A program made the translations under genes and the position numbers. The notes under the pieces were generated by a model. The model searched no databases and was not told the origin of the DNA. It saw only the letters and a program-made list of their open reading frames with translations. A DNA stretch of 63,036 nt, filler included, from an uncultured archaeon (GTDB lineage Archaea > Nanobdellota > Nanobdellia > Woesearchaeales > CAIVOO01): assembly GCA_903842985.1 (NCBI GenBank). It is 5 parts of 5 records of this genome, joined end to end, with 100 filler letters (N's around TTAATTAATTAA, not from the genome) between each part and the next. Parts side by side here need not be neighbours in the genome. Positions count along the whole stretch, not along the records: positions 1 to 5,857 come from CAIMOB010000008.1; positions 5,958 to 32,003 come from CAIMOB010000009.1; 3 more parts are not named here. One strand, given 5' to 3'. The stretch's first letter is position 1, and each line of letters opens with the position of its first letter. This document shows, piece by piece, positions 1-8,471 of the stretch.

Positions 1-151
1 AAAGATAGGCAATCAGCACCTTCATCCCAAGCGGAATAACCCTTCTTGGCTTGTGAATCTCGTAGACTTTCAGCTTTTTTTGGTAGTTGTGCGAGATATG
101 GCTGACTATATGTTTCTTAGAAATACTATGCTTCCCCCTCTTTTTAGCCAT
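1..151 (-). CDS. Hypothetical protein, probably membrane-anchored; 5' part only, runs off window start
   Basis: Read manually: ATG at 151 after GGTG, translating MAKKRGKHSISKKHIVSHISHNYQKKLKVYEIHKPRRVIPLGMKVLIAYL... Confidence 0.6.
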   Translation of the reverse strand, partial: MAKKRGKHSISKKHIVSHISHNYQKKLKVYEIHKPRRVIPLGMKVLIAYL

Positions 152-193
152 TGTTGCACCAAATATATTATACATTATTTATAAATATTATGT

Positions 194-2275
194 TTATCTC
201 ACAGCAGCGCCGTCTTCTATGCTTGCCTTGTCATCTTCTGCGCCTGTTTTAAGGACAAGCTTGTCCAGCAGGACTCTTTTCCCTTTTATTGTTATCTTCA
301 GCTTTGAAAATTCATCTATTGTAACTTCGTTTGCAGGATTTCCTTCCTTGAAAATTGCCCTGTCATTCAGGTTTGACTTCGGCGCCTCAAGCAAAACAAC
401 CTTTCCGTTCTTCTCAGCTGCAAGAAGCATTCCCTGGCTTTCAATCCCTTTTAATTTCGCAGGCTTCAAATTCGCGACAACAATCACGTTTTTACCGACG
501 ATATCATCTTTGTTCATATAGCCTTTAAGCCCTGCAACCAGCTGCCTCTCCCTGTCAAGCCTCACTTTCAAAACATAAAGCTTGTCAGCATTAGGATGGT
601 CAGCGGCAGAAATAACCTTTCCGACGCGGAAATCAAACTTTGAAACCTCTGATTTTCCCCTAAATCTTTCTTCATAAATCTTGACATCTTTATCTTCCAG
701 TTTTTTGAACAGATGCTCTGACTCTTTTATCTTGTGCCCTTTCTTGACTGATTTTTTGCCCAGGTCCTTCCAGTCATTGATTTTGACGTTAAGCATCTTC
801 TGCACATTTTCTGAAATGCCGGGCATGAATGGCCAGGATAAAATTGATAAATCCTTCACGAGATTTACCAGGTTTGCAAGAACCTTCTTTGTTTTTGCAT
901 CATCCGGGTTTTTCCAGGGTTCGTTCTCCTGCAGGTACTGGTTTCCTTTCTTTGCAAGAAGCATTATCTCCTTCAGCGCGCTTCTCAGCTCTATCTCTTC
1001 CAGCAATTTTGTTATCTTTTCTATTTCCTCAGAGTAATCAAATTTGTCATCTGGTGTTTCAGGAACAGCTGAATCATAATATTTGTTAACAAAGAATAAA
1101 GCCCTATGAATCAAATTCCCGAAGTTTGCCAGCAATTCATTGTTCAGCTTTTCCTGGAAATCCTTCCAGGTGAATTCTGTGTCTGATTTTTCAGGCCTGC
1201 TGACAAGAAGGTAGTATCTCCATACTCCCGGCTCCATTCCGAGCAACATCGCATCGTCGCCAAACACTCCTGTCCCTTTTGATTTTGAGAACTTTCCTGT
1301 TCCATAATTTAGGTACTCATTTACAGAAAGCTTCTTGACTAATGTGTAGGGGTCGTTTGTCCCGATAAGGAAGCTTGGGAAAAGTATTGTGTGGAACGGA
1401 ATATTGTCCTTTCCCATGAACTGAACCAATTCGGTTTTCTCATCATTCCACCAGCTTTTCCAGTCTTTCCTGCCTTCAGCTGTTATTGAAATGTAGGCGA
1501 TTGGCGCGTCAAACCAAGAATAGAAAACCTTGCTCTCAAAGCCCTTTTTAGGCACAGGAATGCCCCACTTCAAATCCCTTGTGATGCATCTCGGCTTCAG
1601 CCCATCCTTGAGCCATGATTCTGTCATGTTTATTGCATTCGTTGTCCATGTTTTTTTAACAGTGTTTACCCACTTCCTTAATTTCGGCTCTATTTTTGGA
1701 AGGTCAATAAACAAATGCTTTGTTTCCCTGACAATCGGCTTTGTTCCGCAAATTTTGCATTTTGGATTTTTTAAGTCAGTTGCATTCAGCAATTTTCCGC
1801 AGTTCTCGCACTGGTCCCCTCTTGCGCCCTCGTAGCCGCAGTGGGGGCAGGTTCCCTCGACGAACCTGTCAGCAAGGAATCTTCCGCACTTGCCGCAGTA
1901 GAGCTGTTCAAGGCCCTGCTCTAAAATATAACCATTTTTGTCAAGCTTCAGAAAAATGTCCTGGGTTATCCTATGATTTTCATCTGAAGAGGATCTTCCG
2001 AAGCAGTCAAAGCTGCATTCAAACCACTCGTAAACCTTCTTGTGCATTTTGAAATATTTGTCAGAAACTTCCCTTGGCGTAACACCCTCCTCAATTGCCT
2101 TTATCTCTGTTGTTGTCCCGTGCTCATCTGTCCCGCAGACAAAAACAACATTTTCTTTTTTTAATTTAAGAAATCTTGAGTAGGCATCTGCGCTAAGAAT
2201 GCAAATCATTGTGCCCAGATGAGGAAGATTATTCACATAGGGCAGTGCGCTTGTAACTAATATTTTTTTTGTCAT
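194..2275 (-). CDS. metG: Methionyl-tRNA synthetase with C-terminal tRNA-binding (Trbp111-like) domain
   Basis: TSALPYVN..HLG (HIGH-like), GTDEHG, Zn knuckles, KFSKS, C-terminal HPNADKLY..NLKPAKLKGIESQGM. Confidence 0.97.
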   Translation of the reverse strand: MTKKILVTSALPYVNNLPHLGTMICILSADAYSRFLKLKKENVVFVCGTDEHGTTTEIKAIEEGVTPREVSDKYFKMHKKVYEWFECSFDCFGRSSSDENHRITQDIFLKLDKNGYILEQGLEQLYCGKCGRFLADRFVEGTCPHCGYEGARGDQCENCGKLLNATDLKNPKCKICGTKPIVRETKHLFIDLPKIEPKLRKWVNTVKKTWTTNAINMTESWLKDGLKPRCITRDLKWGIPVPKKGFESKVFYSWFDAPIAYISITAEGRKDWKSWWNDEKTELVQFMGKDNIPFHTILFPSFLIGTNDPYTLVKKLSVNEYLNYGTGKFSKSKGTGVFGDDAMLLGMEPGVWRYYLLVSRPEKSDTEFTWKDFQEKLNNELLANFGNLIHRALFFVNKYYDSAVPETPDDKFDYSEEIEKITKLLEEIELRSALKEIMLLAKKGNQYLQENEPWKNPDDAKTKKVLANLVNLVKDLSILSWPFMPGISENVQKMLNVKINDWKDLGKKSVKKGHKIKESEHLFKKLEDKDVKIYEERFRGKSEVSKFDFRVGKVISAADHPNADKLYVLKVRLDRERQLVAGLKGYMNKDDIVGKNVIVVANLKPAKLKGIESQGMLLAAEKNGKVVLLEAPKSNLNDRAIFKEGNPANEVTIDEFSKLKITIKGKRVLLDKLVLKTGAEDDKASIEDGAAVR

Positions 2276-2276
2276 T

Positions 2277-3149
2277 CTAAAACGCTATTGACGAAGCCCC
2301 CAGGATGCCGTAGTCCTCTGTGTTTGCCTTAACTATCTGCACCTTGTTCTCGAGAATCCTCACCCTCTTGTTTGCCTCTTTCTCAGCTGCCTCGACAAAA
2401 CCCTTTATGCTTGTGACGCTTCCGCCGACTGAAATTATCTCAGGGTTAAGAAGCAGTGCCATGTTCGCAAGCCCGATTCCCAATGCACATGCAGCATCTG
2501 CCACAATCTTCTTCACCTTGCTGTTTGTCTTTGCAAGCCGCGCAATCTCCTCCATTGTAATTGTCTTCTTGTTCAGGAGCTTCTTTACTTTTCTCTCGAT
2601 GACTGCGCCTGAAGAATAAGCCTCAAGGCAGCCGATGTTTCCGCAGCTGCATTTCTCCCTGCTGTCAATTGTCATGTGCCCGATTTCGCCGGAAGCTGTC
2701 CTGCAGAGCTTTCCGCCGAGCACTATTCCCGAGCTGATGCCTGAGTTTACCAGTACGCCGACGACATTCTGCATCTTTTTTGCAAGCCCTATTTTGTATT
2801 CTGCAATTGCGAAGCAGTTGGCGTCATTGTCTATCAATACAGGAATCTTAAGCTTGTCCTCCAAAATCCTCTTCAGCGGAACCTCTTTCCAGCCGGGAAG
2901 ATTTGGCGGTGCAATGGCAATTCCTCTTCTCACGTCGACAGCGCCAGCAATGCCTATTCCGACTCCGAGAATCTTGTCTTTTTTCAGCTTGTTCACTGCG
3001 AACACAATGCTTTCTATTATCTTCGCCTTTGTCGCCTTTGTGTCTATCGGTATTGTCAGCTTCTTCATGACCTTTCCATTCAGATCGACGAGCCCTGCGT
3101 TTATCTCAGAGCCCCCCATGTCAATTCCTATAAGATATTCTCTTTCCAT
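2277..3149 (-). CDS. ROK family sugar kinase (glucokinase-like)
   Basis: IGIDMGG, DNDANCFAIAE, GEIGH, CSCGNIGCLE ROK motifs. Confidence 0.92.
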   Translation of the reverse strand: MEREYLIGIDMGGSEINAGLVDLNGKVMKKLTIPIDTKATKAKIIESIVFAVNKLKKDKILGVGIGIAGAVDVRRGIAIAPPNLPGWKEVPLKRILEDKLKIPVLIDNDANCFAIAEYKIGLAKKMQNVVGVLVNSGISSGIVLGGKLCRTASGEIGHMTIDSREKCSCGNIGCLEAYSSGAVIERKVKKLLNKKTITMEEIARLAKTNSKVKKIVADAACALGIGLANMALLLNPEIISVGGSVTSIKGFVEAAEKEANKRVRILENKVQIVKANTEDYGILGASSIAF

Positions 3150-3152
3150 TTT

Positions 3153-3887
3153 CTATGCGCCTCCTTTGAACATTTTTGGTTTTTTCAGGAAAATATATTT
3201 TTCCGGATTTTTTATGCAGTCAGTGTAAATCGGGCTTTTGAGCTTCTTTGATTTCAGCTTAACCTTTCTCAGCTTCGGAAGATTTTTGTAGTTTGGGTTA
3301 GGCAGGAATCTTATTTTTTTGCCTGCGATGCCGTAGTAGGCAGCGCCGTGCTTTTTGATGTAGTCGCCGTATTTCGAGGAGAATCTTCCGTAGACAACAT
3401 TCGCCATGACCAATGTTTCCCTGCTCGCGTTTATTGTGACGTGGCCGTAGTTCGGCGGGACAACAGCAATCTGCCCTTTTTTCGCAACAGCAAGTATGAC
3501 ATCTTTTATTTTGCTGCCTTCCTTTTTCTGAAGAATGTAATGCGCTGTGCCGTGCAGAACCTGGTAAACTTCAGGGAAACTTAAATGGGAATGTCTTGGC
3601 TTTGAATGATAATGCCCTGCTGTCTTTATGTCCTCTTTTCCGATTTTGTGGAATGGGATAACTGTGATGTCATAGCGGTAGCCGAATTTCCTGAAAACAG
3701 GGTTTGACGCAACATTCCTGTACATATAATAGAATTTCTTGAGCTTTGTTTTGCCTTCCAAAACAGGCTTCATCTGGCTCAATGTTCTTGTATCTGCCTT
3801 TGGGATATTAATCTCTTTTGAGACAATATTGTCATTCTTAGGATTAAAAAATATAGGCAAACCTGATACTTTTCCAAGATTAATCAT
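3153..3887 (-). CDS. Cupin-type glucose-6-phosphate isomerase family protein
   Basis: YYMYR, RYDITVI, KTAGHYH, PEVYQVLHG, VPPNYGHVTIN cupin PGI motifs. Confidence 0.88.
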   Translation of the reverse strand: MINLGKVSGLPIFFNPKNDNIVSKEINIPKADTRTLSQMKPVLEGKTKLKKFYYMYRNVASNPVFRKFGYRYDITVIPFHKIGKEDIKTAGHYHSKPRHSHLSFPEVYQVLHGTAHYILQKKEGSKIKDVILAVAKKGQIAVVPPNYGHVTINASRETLVMANVVYGRFSSKYGDYIKKHGAAYYGIAGKKIRFLPNPNYKNLPKLRKVKLKSKKLKSPIYTDCIKNPEKYIFLKKPKMFKGGA

Positions 3888-3994
3888 CTAAAACCCCAAT
3901 ATCTGGTTGGAAGGGGGTTATATATAGTTTTCGCAGTGTGTTTTGTCACTTTTGTATAGATAAATTTTTATAGAAGTGGATTTTTCAGGCATAT

Positions 3995-4357
3995 ATGGAA
4001 TATATAACTGGCAGAATAAGGGGAGAAATGCGGAGCATTAAACACAGTTTCTTTGATAATATTAAAGATAATAAGGTATTATACGGCCTGCTGTTTCTGG
4101 CATTTGTCCCGCCAGCAATTGGCATGTACGAGTATTCAAGAGACAAGGGGCGAGAAATAAAAAAGGCAATGATTACAGCAGGCACAAATGAAATGGATAA
4201 GCTTGCCGGAATTGTCTGTAGCGAACTTGGGAAGCACTCGAATCTTGCAGACCTTGCCAGAGTTTGCAGTAAAGACTTGACAAAGCCCCAGATTGAGGCA
4301 TATAACAGGATTGTGAATGCGAATTTCGTTCCTGACAACAAAAACCTTTATAAATAA
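3995..4357 (+). CDS. Hypothetical single-TM protein
   Basis: 120-aa ORF with one hydrophobic segment; TATA-like TTTTTATA upstream. Confidence 0.6.
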   Translation: MEYITGRIRGEMRSIKHSFFDNIKDNKVLYGLLFLAFVPPAIGMYEYSRDKGREIKKAMITAGTNEMDKLAGIVCSELGKHSNLADLARVCSKDLTKPQIEAYNRIVNANFVPDNKNLYK

Positions 4358-4378
4358 CCCCTAAATCCTTCTTACTCA

Positions 4379-4432
4379 AGAGAAATGTAGGACACGCTCC
4401 TGAATCTCAGACAATTGGTTTGAGATTTCTCT
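4379..4432 (+). promoter_or_regulatory. Structured 5' leader of rpl15e (candidate eL15 ribosomal leader)
   Basis: Three nested stems: AGAGAA/TTCTCT, TAGGA/TCCTG, ATCTCAGAC/GTTTGAGAT, between TATA (about 4347-4355) and ATG 4438. Confidence 0.6.
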
Positions 4433-4437
4433 ATACT

Positions 4438-4938
4438 ATGGGACTTTACAAATATCTGAAACAGAACTGGGGAAAGGACAAGGCTTTGCAGAGGCAGAGA
4501 TTGATCGACTGGAGAACAGAGCCAGTTACTGTTAAATTAGATCATCCTTCTAGACTGGACAGAGCCCATGCCTTGGGGTACAAGGCAAAGCAGGGGATTT
4601 TTGTCGTCAGGCAGAGAATCGAAAGAGGCGGAAGAATGAGGCCGGCTTTCAAGAAAGGAAGGAAGCCGAAGAAAAGGAGAAGAAGACTTGTTCTTGACAT
4701 GAATTACCAGTCAGTTGCAGAGCAGAGGGCTGTGAAGAAATTCCCGAACTGCGAGGTTTTGAATTCCTATTTTGTAGGCCAGGACGGAATAAATTACTGG
4801 TTCGAGATAATCATGATTGACAGGACACATCCTGCTGTGATTGCTGACAAGCAGTTGAAGTGGATTTCCGAACAGAAAGGCAGGGTGTTCAGGGGCAAGA
4901 CAAGCGCAGAGAGAAAGTCAAGGGGCTTGAGGAGATAG
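4438..4938 (+). CDS. rpl15e: 50S ribosomal protein L15e
   Basis: RLDRAHALGYKAKQG, AEQRA, EVLNSY, GRVFRGKTSA motifs; ATG 4438 preferred over TTG 4420. Confidence 0.96.
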   Translation: MGLYKYLKQNWGKDKALQRQRLIDWRTEPVTVKLDHPSRLDRAHALGYKAKQGIFVVRQRIERGGRMRPAFKKGRKPKKRRRRLVLDMNYQSVAEQRAVKKFPNCEVLNSYFVGQDGINYWFEIIMIDRTHPAVIADKQLKWISEQKGRVFRGKTSAERKSRGLRR

Positions 4939-5253
4939 AACTTTAATTATTCTTTTGTCTGTTTCATCTTTTGTGACAGACCAGTAGAATTTCTTGAAGT
5001 TTTTCACTGCTTCGCTTTCCTTGTTCAATGCGTAAAGCTTTGCCTTGCCGACGTTTCTTGTGTGCGTTACTATATTGTTTTTTACGAGATTCTTCCAGAA
5101 CAGCTTTATTGTTGAGTAGCCGATGCCTGCGTTTCTTGCGATGTCAGACATTGAATAGTCAAAGTCCTCCGAGACCATAAAAAAGTCCATGACCCTCAGC
5201 ACAGGAGAGTCCCCGAATACTTCCAAAAAAAGCGATTTCATACATAGTATCAT
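4918..5253 (-). CDS. Winged helix-turn-helix protein
   Basis: FGDSPVLRVMDFF..DYSMSDIARNAGIGYST..TRNVGKAKLYALN wHTH pattern; GGTGAG RBS before ATG 5253. Confidence 0.8.
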   Translation of the reverse strand: MILCMKSLFLEVFGDSPVLRVMDFFMVSEDFDYSMSDIARNAGIGYSTIKLFWKNLVKNNIVTHTRNVGKAKLYALNKESEAVKNFKKFYWSVTKDETDKRIIKVLSPQAP

Positions 5254-5296
5254 TTTTCTCACCTTTATAAATTTTTCTATTTTTGGCTTTTGTTGG

Positions 5297-5545
5297 CTAT
5301 AAATAGTAATTTTCTATTTCTGCCTTTTTCTTGATGTTCAGATGCAGAGCAAGCCCGTGCTTTGTCCTTCCGTACACAACAAGTATTTCTTTCCTGACTA
5401 GGTCCTTTACTATTTCATTGACTTGCCCTCTCAAATGTTTTGGCAGCCACGATTTTAGCCTGTTAATTAGCAGATGCTTGTTTCCCCAAGCGCAATTGGA
5501 GTAAAGTCTTCTGACAATATGCCTGGCAATCTGCTCGTCGTTCAT
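5297..5545 (-). CDS. Small basic hypothetical protein (wHTH-like, WGNKH..LPKHLRG)
   Basis: 82-aa ORF with leaderless-type promoter (TTAAATA about 21 nt upstream). Confidence 0.7.
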   Translation of the reverse strand: MNDEQIARHIVRRLYSNCAWGNKHLLINRLKSWLPKHLRGQVNEIVKDLVRKEILVVYGRTKHGLALHLNIKKKAEIENYYL

Positions 5546-5580
5546 CTACAGAATCAGTTTTTTCAACTATTTAAGCGCGC

Positions 5581-5601
5581 GTTGTAGCGATTGCTACAAC
5601 A
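5581..5601 (-). promoter_or_regulatory. Palindromic operator-like site TGTTGTAGCAATCGCTACAAC, copy 1
   Basis: Exact reverse-complement match to 21339-21359; 35 nt upstream of ATG 5545, 6 nt upstream of TATA. Confidence 0.75.
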
Positions 5602-5627
5602 CCAAGATTTTAGTATATGTAGAAGGT

Positions 5628-5857
5628 TTAAAGAAAAGAGTGCTTTTGAGATTTAATTAGGTAGCCAAGCAGATCCTTGTGATTATTAAAAATCTTATCC
5701 GCCTTTGCCAGTTCTTTCTTTGTATGGTATGTCATAACTGCATAAATTCTACATCCGGCCTTTTTTCCTGCCTTTACCCCTGCAATAGAATCTTCTATAA
5801 TCACCGCTTCTTTAGGCGATAATCCTAACTTCTTTAAAGTAATCTGGTAGCATTCAG
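5628..5857 (-). CDS. HAD-family phosphatase, C-terminal fragment (cut by contig end)
   Basis: Manual translation ECYQITLKKLGLSPKEAVIIEDSIAGVKAGKKAGC... contains HAD motif IV (EDS..G). Confidence 0.85.
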
Positions 5858-5957
5858 NNNNNNNNNNNNNNNNNNNNNNNNNNNNNNNNNNNNNNNNNNN
5901 NTTAATTAATTAANNNNNNNNNNNNNNNNNNNNNNNNNNNNNNNNNNNNNNNNNNNN
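5858..5957. other. Artificial contig-join linker
   Basis: N44-TTAATTAATTAA-N44 (stops in all six frames). Confidence 0.98.
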
Positions 5958-6896
5958 AAATCGTTCTAGACTATCGTTGTAAACCAAATGGCTCGAAACA
6001 TCAAAGTTAGAAACATCTGCTATGCAGCCGGGTGTTGGGCGTGTGCATTTGGTGATGCCATCGTTAATATCATAAGGTCTTAAAAGAACTGCTTTTGGAT
6101 TGGTTACATCAACAACTTTGAAATAGACGCCGAGACAAGTCATGGAATCGCCTGAGTCGCTTGCACCTACTATCCTGAAGTTTGTAACTGGAACATCTCT
6201 TAGGTGGTGTGAGGTATTGAGTAATATGTAGTGATTCGACTTTTCATCTTGGTCACCAAATCTAAAGAAAGAAATACTTACTTTATTTTCAGGTACAGGT
6301 ATAATCTCTATTTTGTTTAAGTCGTGAAAATCATTATAATCATAACCCGTATGTGCGCTAAAATTCCTGTTTAACTTCAATTGCGGGTCCAAATTGTTGT
6401 CTGTTTCAGAAGTAAAACCTGTTTTAAGCGCAAGATTATCCAGATAAATTATTTCTCCAAGGTCTGGTTTATCGTCATCCTGCCATATGAATAAATCGCT
6501 GTCATCAATATATGGCTGAGTAAACTGCTTGGATTTCCTCTCTTTAACAACCCAATAATAACTTGCTGTTTTTATTATTTCATAATTCGGACTTGTGATT
6601 ACCCAGTTTGTCCTTGCATCATCTACGCTTTGCGGGTGGTCTTTATCATCAACTTTATCGAGCTCTGCTTTTAATGCAATGCCATAAACAAAGATATCAT
6701 CACTGGCACCAACATAATTGTTGCCGCCACCAACATACGCTGTGCTCATATTATAAATTCCTATGCAATATGGAGCATTTTCTTGGCAGTCGCCGCATTC
6801 AGGAAAGCGTGTAAAAGCAGATGCAACTCCTGCAGAAGCCATCAAAGAAACAACTACCAATAATGCTGTAAGTAATCCTTTTCTCATCTTCACCAT
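5958..6896 (-). CDS. Secreted/surface hypothetical protein, 3' end cut by contig end
   Basis: N-terminal signal peptide (MRKGLLTALLVVVSLMASAGVASA); acidic, Asn-rich body. Confidence 0.75.
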
Positions 6897-6940
6897 CTTT
6901 TTTATATATTTTCTCTTTACTTTTTATAAAGTTTGCTATA

Positions 6941-7525
6941 TTAAACCCTCTCAATTCCTTCTTTCAGCACAATCCCTTTTCTCTTCTTTATGTTCAATAA
7001 TACCCTCTCTTCAACTGCATTCAGCGCCTTCTTCGGGTTCTTCATTCCCAATAACCTAAAAAGTGATTCAATGTCAGATGGGTTTCGAAGCTCCTGCGGG
7101 TAGCGCGCGAATGAAGCAATTGCCATCTGCGTTTTGTATTTCTGGCAAAGCTTGATGTTCTGCATCATCCTGCCCATGATTATTTCTTTCCTGCCTCCAA
7201 GCAGGCTTGAAAAGTTGAAGCAAATTATTTTCCTTTTGTCGAAAGCCTCTTTCGCAAGCACGTGGTTCAGTCCTGAATGCCTCTGCAGGATGTCTCTTTT
7301 ATCGCTTTTCTCTAAATCAAAGACAGCGTCGCACTGCTTCCCGATAGAGCTTCCTTCAAATAAAATCAAGTCAGCTTTTCCTGTTTTATTCAACAAAGCA
7401 GAATAACATTTGGCCGGAGCATCTGTTGGCTTTGAATAAGCAAAGCAAAGCCCTGAATAGCCAAGCTTCAGAGCCGTCTCAAGAAGCTCTTTCTCATTTC
7501 CATTTGGAACAACTATGTCTATCAT
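6941..7525 (-). CDS. rnp3: Ribonuclease P protein component 3 (Rpp30)
   Basis: GLNHVLAKEA, ICFNFS, NIKLCQKYK..IASFA..ELRNPSD pattern of Rpp30. Confidence 0.85.
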   Translation of the reverse strand: MIDIVVPNGNEKELLETALKLGYSGLCFAYSKPTDAPAKCYSALLNKTGKADLILFEGSSIGKQCDAVFDLEKSDKRDILQRHSGLNHVLAKEAFDKRKIICFNFSSLLGGRKEIIMGRMMQNIKLCQKYKTQMAIASFARYPQELRNPSDIESLFRLLGMKNPKKALNAVEERVLLNIKKRKGIVLKEGIERV

Positions 7526-7596
7526 TAGAACAGCTAAATATGAAGATTATATAAATATTTCTTTAGAATATTGAAAATAATAATATTTAAATACAA

Positions 7597-7612
7597 GTAC
7601 GTGTACACATAC
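7597..7612 (+). promoter_or_regulatory. Probable vapBC autorepression operator
   Basis: GTACGTGT-ACACATAC imperfect palindrome (1 mismatch) between TTTAAATA and vapB ATG. Confidence 0.55.
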
Positions 7613-7616
7613 ACTT

Positions 7617-7850
7617 ATGGGAACAAAAACAATAACAATAATGGACGATGCCTACGAACTGCTGAAGAGAAACAAAACCAAAGGAGAGAGCTTCTCTGAT
7701 GTGATTAGGAAGTCTGTGGAAAAGAAAAGCTGGTATGATTTTGCAGGCGCTTGGAAAGGCGTTCCAAAGGAAGATGTTGAAGATATGAAGAAGATGCTTA
7801 AAAAATACAAAGAGGAAGCGACAAAAAGCCTATTTGAAAAATTAAAATGA
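7617..7850 (+). CDS. vapB: VapB-type antitoxin (DUF217/UPF0330-like)
   Basis: TKTITIMDDAYELL..GESFSDVI N-terminus; ATGA overlap with a PIN gene. Confidence 0.88.
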   Translation: MGTKTITIMDDAYELLKRNKTKGESFSDVIRKSVEKKSWYDFAGAWKGVPKEDVEDMKKMLKKYKEEATKSLFEKLK

Positions 7851-8239
7851 TCTGCCTTGACACAACATTCATAATAGACTTCTTGAACGAGGAGAAAGAA
7901 GCATTGAAAAAAGCAGAAGAAATAAAGGATAAAATAGTTATCACGACCACAATCAATGAATTTGAAACGATGCTGGGATGTTACCTGAAAGATTTGCCAC
8001 AAGAAAAGGTGAATAAAACCGTTTCTTTTTTTAATTGCATCAAAATTTTGAATTTTGACACGAATTCAGCACTAAAAAGCGCAGAAATTGTTTACTCTCT
8101 TAAAAAATCTAATGAGATTGTTGATAAAAATGATTGCTTAACTGCAGGAATAGCGCTTTCAAATGGCTGCCAAACAATGATTACAAGGAATGTGAAGCAT
8201 TTCGAAAAAATAAAAGAGCTAAAAGTTGAAACCTATTAA
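7847..8239 (+). CDS. vapC: VapC PIN-domain ribonuclease toxin
   Basis: LDTTFIIDFL, E, D-x-L-x-AG, ITRNVKHF PIN motifs. Confidence 0.92.
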   Translation: MICLDTTFIIDFLNEEKEALKKAEEIKDKIVITTTINEFETMLGCYLKDLPQEKVNKTVSFFNCIKILNFDTNSALKSAEIVYSLKKSNEIVDKNDCLTAGIALSNGCQTMITRNVKHFEKIKELKVETY

Positions 8240-8471
8240 AAAATCAGGAAAAATAAGCGACTGCGCAGGTCTTTGGTCTGATCTTAGTAAAGAAGATGTT
8301 GAAAAGATAGAAGAAAGCCTGAAAGAAACAAGAAAAGTTGACAATAGCAGAATAATGGAATTCGCAGGTATCTGGAAGGATATGCCTAAGAAAGACATCA
8401 AAGAAATGAAAAAAATAGTCGGAGAGTTGAGGAAGCCGAGCAAAAGGGCTAAGAAATTACTTAATTCTTAA
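8226..8471 (+). CDS. Small protein of two tandem VapB C-terminal-like motifs (putative second antitoxin)
   Basis: ISDCAGLWSDLSKEDVEKI and IMEFAGIWKDMPKKDIKEM resemble VapB WYDFAGAWKGVPKEDVEDM; TTG start overlapping vapC end. Confidence 0.6.
   Translation: MKPIKKSGKISDCAGLWSDLSKEDVEKIEESLKETRKVDNSRIMEFAGIWKDMPKKDIKEMKKIVGELRKPSKRAKKLLNS

Noticed and set aside
5858..5957. TTAATTAATTAA palindrome recurring four times within N runs
   Set aside because: Synthetic contig linker, not biological; ORFs running into X residues are artefactually extended.
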